A DNA stretch of 64,000 nucleotides, taken from NCBI GenBank assembly GCA_036557665.1, contig DATBHG010000009.1, forward strand, positions 106,011 to 170,010, written 5' to 3'. The stretch comes from Xanthobacteraceae bacterium (lineage in GTDB: Bacteria; Pseudomonadota; Alphaproteobacteria; Rhizobiales; Xanthobacteraceae). Made by a program: the position numbers and the translations under genes. This document shows, one piece after another, positions 48,705 through 57,881 of this stretch. The stretch's first letter is position 1, and each line of letters starts with the position of its first letter. Below the pieces are notes generated by a model. The model was not told where the DNA came from, ran no database searches, and was given only the letters and a program-made list of their open reading frames with translations.

Positions 48705-49328
48705 TCACCCGTCGGGCTTGGGGCCGCACCAGCCCGGCAGATATTCGGCGTCCTCGCTTCGGGCAAGGCGCAGCGCCTGCTCCATGGCGGCCGCAAAATT
48801 TGCCTCCACCGTCTTCCTTTTGATCCTCCGCCGGAAGAAATCCGCCCACAGGAACTCGCTGAACGGGGTCGTGTCCTTGGCGAATCCGCCCGAGCGGCGC
48901 AGCTCGCCGGCAAGGCTGCGGAACGGATCGTCTTTCAGCAGCGTGACGGATTTCGGGATGTCCGCAAAATCCCGGCGGCGGCCCTGCGGATCGAAGGGAT
49001 ATGCCAGGTTCTTGTGATCCAGCACGCTCCAGAATTCTTCGGGCTCGAGTCGGCTCAGATTGAGCACGACGGTCACCAGCACATCCCGCAAGCCCTCCTT
49101 GTGCAGCGCCAACGAAAGATGATGGTGGTCGATGATGTAATGGCACTCTTTCGGCCCGAGCACGACCGGTATCATGTGACGGCCGATGAACTCGCCGATC
49201 TTGCGCGGCTTATGCGCTCGCAGGCGTTTGCGTTTCTCATCGACCTCCCGCATGCCGACCGTGATCTGGGTAGGACGAAGGCTTTCGATCGCTACCGGCT
49301 GGAGAACCGGCTCGCGCACGTAAGACAT
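48705..49328 (-). CDS. ParB-like nuclease-domain protein (ParBc_2-type, stand-alone)
   Basis: VAIESLRPTQITVGMREV..IPVVLGPKECHYIIDHHHLSLAL is the ParB/Srx-fold N-terminal motif of the 'putative ParB-like nuclease' family. No partner parA is present. Confidence 0.6.
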   Translation of the reverse strand: MSYVREPVLQPVAIESLRPTQITVGMREVDEKRKRLRAHKPRKIGEFIGRHMIPVVLGPKECHYIIDHHHLSLALHKEGLRDVLVTVVLNLSRLEPEEFWSVLDHKNLAYPFDPQGRRRDFADIPKSVTLLKDDPFRSLAGELRRSGGFAKDTTPFSEFLWADFFRRRIKRKTVEANFAAAMEQALRLARSEDAEYLPGWCGPKPDG

Positions 49329-49368
49329 GAACCTTCCCCCTCGATCTCGCCTCGAGCATGCTCCGAGG

Positions 49369-50007
49369 TCACTTCCCGAGCAACGTCTCGGTTCGCTCGC
49401 GCAATCGCCTGATCAGGGCATCGGCACCGCCCGAGGCGATGATAGAGGTGAACTCGTCGCGTCGTGTTGCCAGATCGCTGATGCTTCCGTTGAGATAGAT
49501 GTCGACCACCCGCTCGCCGCGGACGAGGTAGTTTATGCTCACCGTCCGTCCGCCCGGCTGCAGCAGCTTGGTCTTGACGATTTCGCCGCCGCCGCGCGAT
49601 TCGGGAGTCGCCTGCGGGTCCACCACGAAGCTTTCGCCGGAATAGTCTTTGATCTGGCTTGCATAATCGGCGACGATGAATCGTGCAAAGGCGTCCCGGA
49701 CCGCCGCCTGCTGCTCTGCAGAGAAGCTTCTCCAAGGTGGGCCCACTGCCAGTCGCGTCATCGTCGGCATGTCGAACACAGCCGTGAACACAGGCGTAAA
49801 GCGGCGGTCGCGCTCGCGCACACTGAGCCGTGCAGCCTGTTGGATCGTCGGCATCAATTGTTGATAGTAGGTCTGGATTTTTATGACGGCAGCACTCGGC
49901 GCTTGCGCCCGCAATGGGAGCAGGCCGGGCAGGACTGATAATCCGATAGCCATAAGGCAGGTGATCGAAGCCCTCAGGCCGGGCTCAACTTCCCTCATCG
50001 CACTCAT
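49369..50007 (-). CDS. MlaC/Ttg2D-family periplasmic lipid-binding protein (HpnM-like)
   Basis: It has a signal peptide LMAIGLSVLPGLLPLRAQA, then FDMPTMTRLAVGPPWRSFSAEQQAAVRDAFARFIVADYASQIKDYSG..VKTKL..INYLVRGERVVDIYLNGSISDLATRRDEF, an MlaC-fold pattern. It is divergent from the RND gene. Confidence 0.65.
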   Translation of the reverse strand: MSAMREVEPGLRASITCLMAIGLSVLPGLLPLRAQAPSAAVIKIQTYYQQLMPTIQQAARLSVRERDRRFTPVFTAVFDMPTMTRLAVGPPWRSFSAEQQAAVRDAFARFIVADYASQIKDYSGESFVVDPQATPESRGGGEIVKTKLLQPGGRTVSINYLVRGERVVDIYLNGSISDLATRRDEFTSIIASGGADALIRRLRERTETLLGK

Positions 50008-50442
50008 TCCACCAGCCGCTTTTTCGTTTCGATCGATCCGCGTTCACTTCAACGCCGCATCGCTCGCAAGGGCACATGCACTCGCAAGAGCAGGTGTAAA
50101 CGATCCGTCAAATTTTGCGGCCGGATTGAGGCTCGGTCATGGCGAGTGGGGTCAAAAGCTGGCCTTCATTTCCGCCTCATAATCGAAAGCCGGGTAAGCA
50201 GCGCGATGGGGACCTCGCCTGACGCAGCTGAGCGTGCCGGGCGCATCTCGCGCGTTCACCAACCTTGGTCCTATCCTGTGTATCGCTTCGTGAAAAGCTC
50301 GCAACAAGTTTTCCGCCCGGTGAGAATTCGGGTATCGGCCGGCACCTCGGGGACGGCCGCTGATTGCATCGGCGAAGCTGCCATTCAAAGGCGCAACACG
50401 GTCGTCACGCGACAATCCGTGAAAAGTGACCGCGAGCCTGCG

Positions 50443-53037
50443 ATGGCAGCCGCGGTAACATGGCTGGTGCAGCTGTCGAGCCGCCATGCATGGCCGGTGA
50501 TTCTGAGCTTTCTGCTCCTGGCAACATTGTCTGCGAGCTATTTCACGCGGCATTTCGCCATCACCACCGACAGCAAGAAGCTCCTGTCGAGCTCGCTTCC
50601 ATGGCGCGAGCAGGAGAGGATGCTCGATGCCGCCTTTCCGCACCGGACCGATCGGATCATTGCCGTAATCGACGCGACCACACCGGAGGCTGCCGATGAT
50701 GCCGCCGATGCGCTGACGAGGGGGCTTGCCTCCAAGCCGGACGTGATCCGTGCCGTCAGCCGTCCCGATGGCGGTGAGTTCTTCGCGCGCGATGGCATCC
50801 TCTTGCTCGGTCTGGACGACGTACAGCGCACCACCGCAGACCTGATTTCAGCGCAGCCGTTTCTCGGAACCCTGTCCGCCGACCCGACGCTGCGGGGTGT
50901 TTTTCGCACCTTGTCGCAGTCGCTCGAGGGTGTGCGCCTGGGGAAAGCAAAACTGGAAGATCTCAGGCCGGCATTCGCTTCCGTCGCCGATGCCCTGGAG
51001 CTTCTGGCGAAAGGGAGGAACCCGGCATTCTCCTGGCGCACGCTGATCGCCGGCCGGCCGCCGAAGCCATCCGAGCTTCGACGCTTTGTCAACATCGAGC
51101 CGGTCCTCGATTTCGGCGATCTACAGCCCGGACGCAAAGCAACGGCGGTGATACGCGATGCGGCGTCAAGGCTCGGGCTTACACCCGAGCAAGGGGTCAA
51201 GGTGCGTCTCACCGGACCGGTCGCGCTTTCCGACGAGGAGTTCGCCTCGGTGGCCGACGGCGCCGTGCTCAACGGGGTCATTACGTTGCTTCTTGTCGGC
51301 CTGGTGCTGTGGCTCGCGCTGAGAAAGGCACGCATCATCCTGGCCGTATTTGTCAATCTCGTCTTCGGGCTGCTCTATACGGCTGCCATCGGCCTGTGGA
51401 TGGTAGGAGCGTTTAACCTCATCTCCGTCGCCTTTGCCGTGCTGTTTGTCGGCCTCGGCGTTGATTTCGGCATTCAGTTCTGTGTCCGCTATCGAGCCGA
51501 GCAGCATGCGTGCAGCGATCTCGATCGGGCACTCGCGGCGACGGCACGCGGGATGGCGGGACCGCTGGTGCTCGCAGCCGTTTCGATCGCGACCGCGTTC
51601 TACTCGTTCCTGCCGACGGCATATCGAGGGCTTTCCGAGCTCGGTCTGATCTCGGGAATCGGCATCGTCATCGCGCTGGCAACTACATTGACCCTGCTTC
51701 CGGCCTTGCTCACGGTCCTCAAGCCACCCCCTGAGCAGCACCCGGTCGGCTATGCGGCACTGGCGCCTCTCGACCGCTTTCTGGAGAAGCGCCGCAATTG
51801 GATCGTCGGGACGACGCTGGCCGTTGCGGCTCTTGGTTTGCCGCTCCTTGCCGGTTTGCGCTTCGACTTCAATCCACTCGATCTGCGGGCGCAGAATTCT
51901 GAATCGGTGGCGACATTGCTCGATTTGATGAACGTTCCCGAAACGAGCCCGAACACACTCGATGTGCTTCGGAGCAACGTTGCCCAGGCCGCGGCGACTG
52001 CGGAAAAGCTGCGCCAATTGCCGGAGGTCGGCCGGGTGCTGACACTGCAAAGTTTCGTTCCGAAGGATCAAGACGCCAAGCTCGCCCTGATCGAGGATGC
52101 AAGCTTTTTCTTTCAGAATACTCTTAGCCCTGACGAGATCGATGCCGATTCGACTCCGGCGCAGATGGCGGACGTGATCAACAGCCTGGTCCAGGACCTC
52201 TCGGCTGCGGCAGGAAGCCTCGACAGTCCGGCCGCGGCGCAGGCGCGTCGCCTCGCCGGCGTGCTCGCCCCCCTTGCGACCGCGCCCGTGGCCGCGATGG
52301 ACAAAGCGCGACATGCCCTGGTGGCACCGCTGAGCGCTACGCTTCGCCAGACAAGACAGCTGCTGGCGGCCGAGCCGGTGAGCATCGAGACGCTTCCATC
52401 GGCTCTGAAGCAGGCCTGGATATCATCGGATGGACTGGCCAGGATCGAGCTGGCGCCCAAGCCGGAGGCCAACGACAATACATCCTTGCGGCGTTTTGTC
52501 ACCGCCGTCCGCGCTGTCACACCCGATGCCGCCGGGAGCCCGGTATTCGTCATTGAGGCCGCATCGAGCGTCATCACCGCATTTCTCCAGGCCGGCATCC
52601 TGTCGGTCGTGGCGATCGCGCTGATCCTTTTCGTTGCACTGCGCCGTTGGATCGACGTGGCATTGACCCTGGTGCCTCTGCTTGTTGCGATCGTGGTCAC
52701 GCTCGAGATCTGCGTTCTCATCGGGCTCCAGCTGAATTTCGCCAACATCATTGCGCTGCCGCTCCTTCTCGGTGTCGGTGTCGCCTTCAAGATCTACTAC
52801 ATCATTGCGTGGCGCTCGGGGGAAACGCGCTTCCTCCAGTCGAGCCTCACGCGAGCCGTGTTCTACAGCGCCTGCACGACCGCCATCGCGTTCGGGAGCC
52901 TGTGTTTCTCACATCACCCCGGCACATCGAGCATGGGCAAGCTGATGGCGCTGTCGCTCCTGACGACGCTCTCGGCCGCGGTCATTTTCCAACCGGCTCT
53001 GCTGGCGACCCAGCAGCAGAGGCGGCGCGATACATGA
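50443..53037 (+). CDS. hpnN: RND/MMPL-type transporter, HpnN-like (hopanoid-associated)
   Basis: ORF 50146..53037 trimmed to ATG 50443. MAAAVTWLVQLSSRHAWPVILSFLLLATLSASYFTRHFAITTDSKKLLSSSLPWREQERMLDAAFP resembles the HpnN N-terminus as I remember it. It has a 2 x (large periplasmic loop + TM bundle) architecture and is ~864 aa. The symbol is tentative. Confidence 0.65.
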   Translation: MAAAVTWLVQLSSRHAWPVILSFLLLATLSASYFTRHFAITTDSKKLLSSSLPWREQERMLDAAFPHRTDRIIAVIDATTPEAADDAADALTRGLASKPDVIRAVSRPDGGEFFARDGILLLGLDDVQRTTADLISAQPFLGTLSADPTLRGVFRTLSQSLEGVRLGKAKLEDLRPAFASVADALELLAKGRNPAFSWRTLIAGRPPKPSELRRFVNIEPVLDFGDLQPGRKATAVIRDAASRLGLTPEQGVKVRLTGPVALSDEEFASVADGAVLNGVITLLLVGLVLWLALRKARIILAVFVNLVFGLLYTAAIGLWMVGAFNLISVAFAVLFVGLGVDFGIQFCVRYRAEQHACSDLDRALAATARGMAGPLVLAAVSIATAFYSFLPTAYRGLSELGLISGIGIVIALATTLTLLPALLTVLKPPPEQHPVGYAALAPLDRFLEKRRNWIVGTTLAVAALGLPLLAGLRFDFNPLDLRAQNSESVATLLDLMNVPETSPNTLDVLRSNVAQAAATAEKLRQLPEVGRVLTLQSFVPKDQDAKLALIEDASFFFQNTLSPDEIDADSTPAQMADVINSLVQDLSAAAGSLDSPAAAQARRLAGVLAPLATAPVAAMDKARHALVAPLSATLRQTRQLLAAEPVSIETLPSALKQAWISSDGLARIELAPKPEANDNTSLRRFVTAVRAVTPDAAGSPVFVIEAASSVITAFLQAGILSVVAIALILFVALRRWIDVALTLVPLLVAIVVTLEICVLIGLQLNFANIIALPLLLGVGVAFKIYYIIAWRSGETRFLQSSLTRAVFYSACTTAIAFGSLCFSHHPGTSSMGKLMALSLLTTLSAAVIFQPALLATQQQRRRDT

Positions 53038-53210
53038 CGCCTCACAAAAAGCCGGAAGCTGCGGTAAAAAAGCAACAGTCGTCGCGAGGCGCGGCTGCTA
53101 GCGTGACCCTGATCCGATTGACGGGCGTGCCAGTAGCCTCCCTGCGCGCGCGTTGATGGCATTTGCAAAAGCCGTTGCGCCGGTACCGGCGCCGGAAAGG
53201 GCAAAAGTAG

Positions 53211-53999
53211 ATGCGCCGTGCTCGTGTATGGAGCAGATGGGCGACCGCGTGCGTGTTCGCGGCGCTCGTGAGCGCATGCGCGACTGCCCGCCGAGACGTG
53301 TCGCTGCCCGTGAGCGACCCGAACGAGCGAGCGAACCGTCAGGTCATGACGGCCAATCAGAAAGTGTTGGGACCATTGTCTGAAGCCGTAAAGGCGGCGG
53401 TGCCGGGACCCGTACACGACCGCTTGCATGACCTGAATGCGAATCTGAAGGAGCCGCGGATATTCGTAAACGATGTTTTGCAGCTGCGTCTCGACGCGGC
53501 CGCGCGGTCCGCTACCCGCTTCGTCCTCAATTCGACTTTCGGCATGGGCGGGCTCCTGGATGTGGCGGGGCGCGAGGGAATCCCGCAGCAGAGCGGAGAT
53601 TTCGGCCAGACTCTGTTTGTCTGGGGCGTCAGGGAGGGCCCGTACGTGGTGGTACCCTATCTGGGCCCCTCGACGCTGCGCGATGCAGTCGGCTCTACCG
53701 TGGATGTGGTCGCGAACCCGCTGGGCTGGCTGATAGCAACACAGATAGCGCTGACAACCACGCAACTGGCGGTGAGCGCCGGCACCACGACCCTGGACGC
53801 GGCAGACCGGCTCGGCCAATTGAAGATGGCCGAGGATGCTTCCATCGATTTCTACAGCTTCATCCGCTCCAGCTACTATCAGATGCGGCGGGCGGAGCTG
53901 CGCGAGGCTCTCGGATTGCCGAGCGTCGTCGAGTCCCCGGCCACCGCCGAGCTTGACGATCCCGATGATCCGGCTCAGTCGGTGGCGGCAGCCCACTGA
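53211..53999 (+). CDS. MlaA/VacJ-family outer-membrane lipoprotein
   Basis: It has a lipobox FAALVSAC, then DPNERANRQVMTANQKV..LKEPRIFVNDVLQ..NSTFGMGGLLDVA..DFGQTLFVWGV..GPYVVVPYLGPSTLRD, the canonical VacJ blocks. Confidence 0.8.
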   Translation: MRRARVWSRWATACVFAALVSACATARRDVSLPVSDPNERANRQVMTANQKVLGPLSEAVKAAVPGPVHDRLHDLNANLKEPRIFVNDVLQLRLDAAARSATRFVLNSTFGMGGLLDVAGREGIPQQSGDFGQTLFVWGVREGPYVVVPYLGPSTLRDAVGSTVDVVANPLGWLIATQIALTTTQLAVSAGTTTLDAADRLGQLKMAEDASIDFYSFIRSSYYQMRRAELREALGLPSVVESPATAELDDPDDPAQSVAAAH

Positions 54000-54048
54000 C
54001 GAGTCGAATTAATCTCATTGCACGAACAGTCGAGGACCAGGCTCGAAT

Positions 54049-55452
54049 TCAGTCCGGATCAACATCAACTGTTTGATCAAGTGCTCCAATCAGCGCGTGA
54101 GCGCAGTCGGCCCACGTTCGTGGACGGTATGCCGCCCGCAGTCGCGTCTCTCGCGAGGCCAGATAACCGGGCTCAATGAGCGGCCGTTCGATCTTTGCCA
54201 ACGCATCATCTTCATTTGACGGATCGAAATAATCGACAAGGTCACCGCCCACTTCGGGGATCGATGTGCGGTTGGAAGCGACGCAGAGCTTTCCGTGCGC
54301 CAGGCTTTCCGCAATCGGCAATCCCCAGCCCTCGCAGAGACTCGGAAACACGGTGAACAAGCACGAATGATACGCTTGCTGCAATTCGGCATCGGACAAG
54401 CCCGGCAGCAGAGTGATCTTTCCATTCAGATACTCGCTCGCCTCGAGATTTGCCAACAACCCGTCGACCAGCCAACCGATCTTCCCGGCGAAGACAAGGT
54501 TCGGTACGAGGTCAGCACCGTGCCGCTCCAACAATCGCTTCCATACTCGCACGAGCAGCCGATGGTTCTTCCTGATTTCAATGGTGGAAACGAACAGGAC
54601 ATAGCGCACAGGGAGGATTGTCGCACTTGAGATTTCAGCCGTGGGCTGATTGGCCAAATCCGATCCCAGCTGAAGAGCCTCGACGCGAGACAATCGCCAC
54701 CCGGACTGCGCAGAAAAGTCGATAAGGGCAGACCGTGAATAGCGTGAATTGGTGAACACGATGTCCGCTACTGGTATCGCATCTCGAAGCCAATTGCGAA
54801 ATTGAACAGTATGATGTGGCTCGACAAAAGATTCATATTTGATCGGAATGAGATCGTGAACCAAGATCGAGAATTTTATGCCGTAGCCCCGCTTCAGCTC
54901 GGCCATGTACTTCATGTAGTCGGGAATCCCCCAGCCGGCGCCCATTGATACGATGATATCGCCATCGCGCACGAGCTGCTCGAACCGGTTCTGCCGGAGC
55001 CATGTGTCGATGAGATCACGAGCCGCTGCCTTGAGGAGCGAAAAGAAGAAACGTGGGTGCCGTATGATCACCGGGATGGACCTGGGGAATTCTCGCCAGA
55101 ATATTGCCGGCTCCCAAAATGTCTTCCACGGAGCGGTACCGCCGAGCGGGTTCAAGTAGGCGGAACGGATTGCGTCGAAGCCGATCGAATGGAGTCGTTT
55201 GCTGTAAACACTCAGCCGGCAAAATCTCACACGGCCGGAAGGACCGTAGAGTGCCTCGGCTGCTCGATAGATCTCGAATGAAACCCGCTGCACGCCGCTG
55301 GGATTGCGAAAATGGTCGAAATATCGGAGGAAATCCTCCACTTCGAACCAGATAACCGGGTTGCGAGTCCTACGAGCGCAATGATCTTTCTCTCCGCCGT
55401 CCTCCGCGCGGACTGCCGGGCGCCATAGAGTTGTTGTTGCGCTCTCCGTCAT
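54049..55452 (-). CDS. family-1 (GT4-type) glycosyltransferase
   Basis: The C-terminal domain is FVSTIEIRKNH..FAGKIGW..FPSLCEGWGLPIAESLAHGKLCVASNRTSIPEVGGD, with the E-x7-E retaining-GT motif. The gene is visibly more AT-rich than its neighbours. Confidence 0.8.
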   Translation of the reverse strand: MTESATTTLWRPAVRAEDGGEKDHCARRTRNPVIWFEVEDFLRYFDHFRNPSGVQRVSFEIYRAAEALYGPSGRVRFCRLSVYSKRLHSIGFDAIRSAYLNPLGGTAPWKTFWEPAIFWREFPRSIPVIIRHPRFFFSLLKAAARDLIDTWLRQNRFEQLVRDGDIIVSMGAGWGIPDYMKYMAELKRGYGIKFSILVHDLIPIKYESFVEPHHTVQFRNWLRDAIPVADIVFTNSRYSRSALIDFSAQSGWRLSRVEALQLGSDLANQPTAEISSATILPVRYVLFVSTIEIRKNHRLLVRVWKRLLERHGADLVPNLVFAGKIGWLVDGLLANLEASEYLNGKITLLPGLSDAELQQAYHSCLFTVFPSLCEGWGLPIAESLAHGKLCVASNRTSIPEVGGDLVDYFDPSNEDDALAKIERPLIEPGYLASRETRLRAAYRPRTWADCAHALIGALDQTVDVDPD

Positions 55453-55697
55453 CGGCCGATTGGAGCGGTCACAGTCCTGACCAAGGTTGCAGCGATAAGG
55501 TATCCTGCGGCGCCGAAGCCGCTAACCGCATCTGCGAACCCTTTGAAACATGCACCGATCTCCTTTTCAGCCTTGGCCCTTTTGAAGCACACGCTTGCGC
55601 CGAAGGGGGCAAACCAAGGTAAAATTGTCGTAAAATAGGATCTGGCTTTCCTTACCGATATACCTGCGGCGCTCAACGCCCTGGAAAATGCCGGCAA
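55449..55697 (-). CDS. possible small ORF (82 aa) coupled to the glycosyltransferase
   Basis: The only evidence is an ATGA stop/start overlap with the GT gene (TGA 55451-55449, ATG 55452-55450). I recognise no family, and codon bias is weak. Confidence 0.2.
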   Translation of the reverse strand: MPAFSRALSAAGISVRKARSYFTTILPWFAPFGASVCFKRAKAEKEIGACFKGFADAVSGFGAAGYLIAATLVRTVTAPIGR

Positions 55698-55822
55698 AGC
55701 AATGACAATGTCGTGCGGATCTGTAGCTCGTTTGCCTCACTGCGCCGGCAACTGTACGATTGGGAGTATTGAGGAAGGCGCCAGACCGGCGCTGTAGACG
55801 CTTTAAGTCGGGGGCGTTTCCA

Positions 55823-56566
55823 ATGTCAAGCACAACGGCGGCGGTCGTTGCCGTCACTTCGCTTCGGGCCGAGGCTCGCATCGCCTTGGGACCGGGAGTA
55901 TCGGTGATCTGCGGGCACGCCTCGCAGCTCGTTGCCCGTCTGCAAGCGGCTGTCGAACGGGGTGCATCAGGCATCATCAGTTTCGGGGTTGCCGGTGGGC
56001 TCGCACCCGATCTTGTTGCGGGAGACTGGGTTGTTGGATCGGGAGTGTGCACCGACTATGAGCGCTATCCGACAGACCGAGCATGGTCGTGTCGACTGCT
56101 CGATGCGATTCCCGGCTCTCACCATGCGGAAATTGTGGGGGTGGATGCGCCGATCGCGCATTCGTCGGAAAAGCTTCGATTACATACGCGGACAGGCGCA
56201 AAGGCCGTTGACATGGAATCTCATGTCGCAGCCAGGATTGCTGCTCTTCACCATATTCCCTTTGCCATTTGCCGCACGATTGTCGATCCGGAGGACAGGG
56301 ATCTGCCTGCCGCCGCGGTTATCGAATTGCGTCGCGACGGAACGCCTGACGTGCTGGCAATTTTCCGCTCGGTTATACGCCAACCAGATCAACTTCCGGG
56401 TCTCATGCGCACCGCAATTGACGCATGGACCGCGCGGAAGGCCTTGCTCCGAGGCCGGCACTTGCTGGGAGCCGCACTTGGTTGTCCTTATTTCGATGAG
56501 CGGGCGTGCGAGCCATCCCGCGTGGATGCTTTTGCCACGGCGCAGTTGCGGTCCGCGGGATCTTGA
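55823..56566 (+). CDS. PNP/UDP-fold phosphorylase, HpnG-like (hopanoid-associated phosphorylase family)
   Basis: ORF 55760..56566 trimmed to ATG 55823. VVAVTSLRAEARIA..GIISFGVAGGLAPDLVAGDWVV..AVDMESHVAA matches my memory of the hopanoid-associated nucleosidase/phosphorylase family. Confidence 0.55.
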   Translation: MSSTTAAVVAVTSLRAEARIALGPGVSVICGHASQLVARLQAAVERGASGIISFGVAGGLAPDLVAGDWVVGSGVCTDYERYPTDRAWSCRLLDAIPGSHHAEIVGVDAPIAHSSEKLRLHTRTGAKAVDMESHVAARIAALHHIPFAICRTIVDPEDRDLPAAAVIELRRDGTPDVLAIFRSVIRQPDQLPGLMRTAIDAWTARKALLRGRHLLGAALGCPYFDERACEPSRVDAFATAQLRSAGS

Positions 56567-57600
56567 CTGCCGTGCGTTGGCGCGCTCCGGCGCAGCAGAT
56601 GATGCCCTTCCATCCAGTGCCAGACAAACAGTCCCGGCAGACCCAAGGCCAGCTCGCGTACCCGTTTCGACAACGAGATCGCCAGTGCCGTCTCGGATGG
56701 CAATCCGAACACCGCGCCGAACAAGACAAAGCTGCCTTCGAGAGCTCCCAACGCCCCAGGAATCATGAACGTCGCCGCGCGAACGCCGGAAACAAGACTT
56801 TCCAGAATATATGCATCGACGACGCTCAGAGGCTGCCCCAAGGCTTGCATCACCAACCAGATTTCGCCCACGCTGGAAGCCCATCCGAAAAGTTGCAGAA
56901 CCGTTGCGCCTAAGATGGGATGCCCGCTCCGGTAAGCAGCGACGACTGCATCATCGATCTCCGATGCGCCCGCCATCCACAGAGACAGCCATTGTCGGGG
57001 CAGCAGCCGTCGCGTCAATTTCGCGGAGCCATGGAACAGGCCGCGATGCTGGAGCAGGACAAATGCCGCTACTGCCGCAAGTAACGTGCCGGTACCGATC
57101 AACACCCCCCACGCTACGAGCAGCACCCTGTGCTCAGTTGAACGCATCAGCAGCAAGGCCACTCCCGAGAGGACGAACATCAACTGAGTCGTCACGCCGA
57201 GGGTGACGTCCACGACCATGCTCGCCGCCGCCTGGATGCCAGGCACGCCGCGCAAGCGGACGAGGCGCACGCTTGCGATATCGCCGCCAACGCCGGCTAC
57301 CGGCAACAGCGAGTTGATGGAGTTGCGGATCCAACGTATCCAGATGATGTTGACGGCGTTCGGACGGGTCGCAGGAGGCAGAAGCTCGCGCCATGACAGA
57401 GCGCTGAAGGTCAAAGGTACGAGATGGTACAAGGTGATGGGGATCAGCCACCAGCCGATGACCAGCATGGCGTGCGCCACGTCCGCGGCGCCGCTCTTTG
57501 CGATCAGGTAAACGAGGAGCAAAAAGCCGCCAACAGCAGCAAGGATCAGCGAGGCGGACACGTGTCCATGTTCAAGATTGCGACGAATTTTGATCGGCAT
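56488..57600 (-). CDS. flippase-like / lysylphosphatidylglycerol-synthase-TM-region (UPF0104) membrane protein, HpnL-like
   Basis: The 370-aa polytopic ORF has LIPITLYHLVPLTFSALSWRELL..IWIRWIRNSINSLLPVAGVGGDIASVRL. Its 3' end overlaps the convergent phosphorylase gene by 79 nt. Confidence 0.6.
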   Translation of the reverse strand: MPIKIRRNLEHGHVSASLILAAVGGFLLLVYLIAKSGAADVAHAMLVIGWWLIPITLYHLVPLTFSALSWRELLPPATRPNAVNIIWIRWIRNSINSLLPVAGVGGDIASVRLVRLRGVPGIQAAASMVVDVTLGVTTQLMFVLSGVALLLMRSTEHRVLLVAWGVLIGTGTLLAAVAAFVLLQHRGLFHGSAKLTRRLLPRQWLSLWMAGASEIDDAVVAAYRSGHPILGATVLQLFGWASSVGEIWLVMQALGQPLSVVDAYILESLVSGVRAATFMIPGALGALEGSFVLFGAVFGLPSETALAISLSKRVRELALGLPGLFVWHWMEGHHLLRRSAPTHGSQDPADRNCAVAKASTRDGSHARSSK

Positions 57601-57881
57601 TCGTCACCATCTATCACCAACTCCTGCTCACTCCAACATAGCGGGGTGGATTGGTTTAGCAGCAAATCGGCTGCGCCGATTGCATCGTACCCCACCGTAT
57701 CCGACTACAGATAGGTGACCGAGAGCTGGGGGTCGATCTCACCCGCCAACCCCTCTCGAAAGACTTGAAAGACCTATCATGCTGAGCAGCCCGCACTTCG
57801 ATGAATTGGGTAGCAAGCCGCCGTTTGCTTTCCAGGGGCTCTCGATATTCGAGGATGCGGGCTGATTGATAGCAGTGGCCG

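Noticed and set aside
57665-57681. Hairpin AATCGGC-tgc-GCCGATT as terminator of the cyclase operon
   Set aside because: The stem is only 7 bp and not GC-rich, it lies ~200 nt after the stop, and the T-tract is weak (TTTGCTGCT). The evidence is insufficient.
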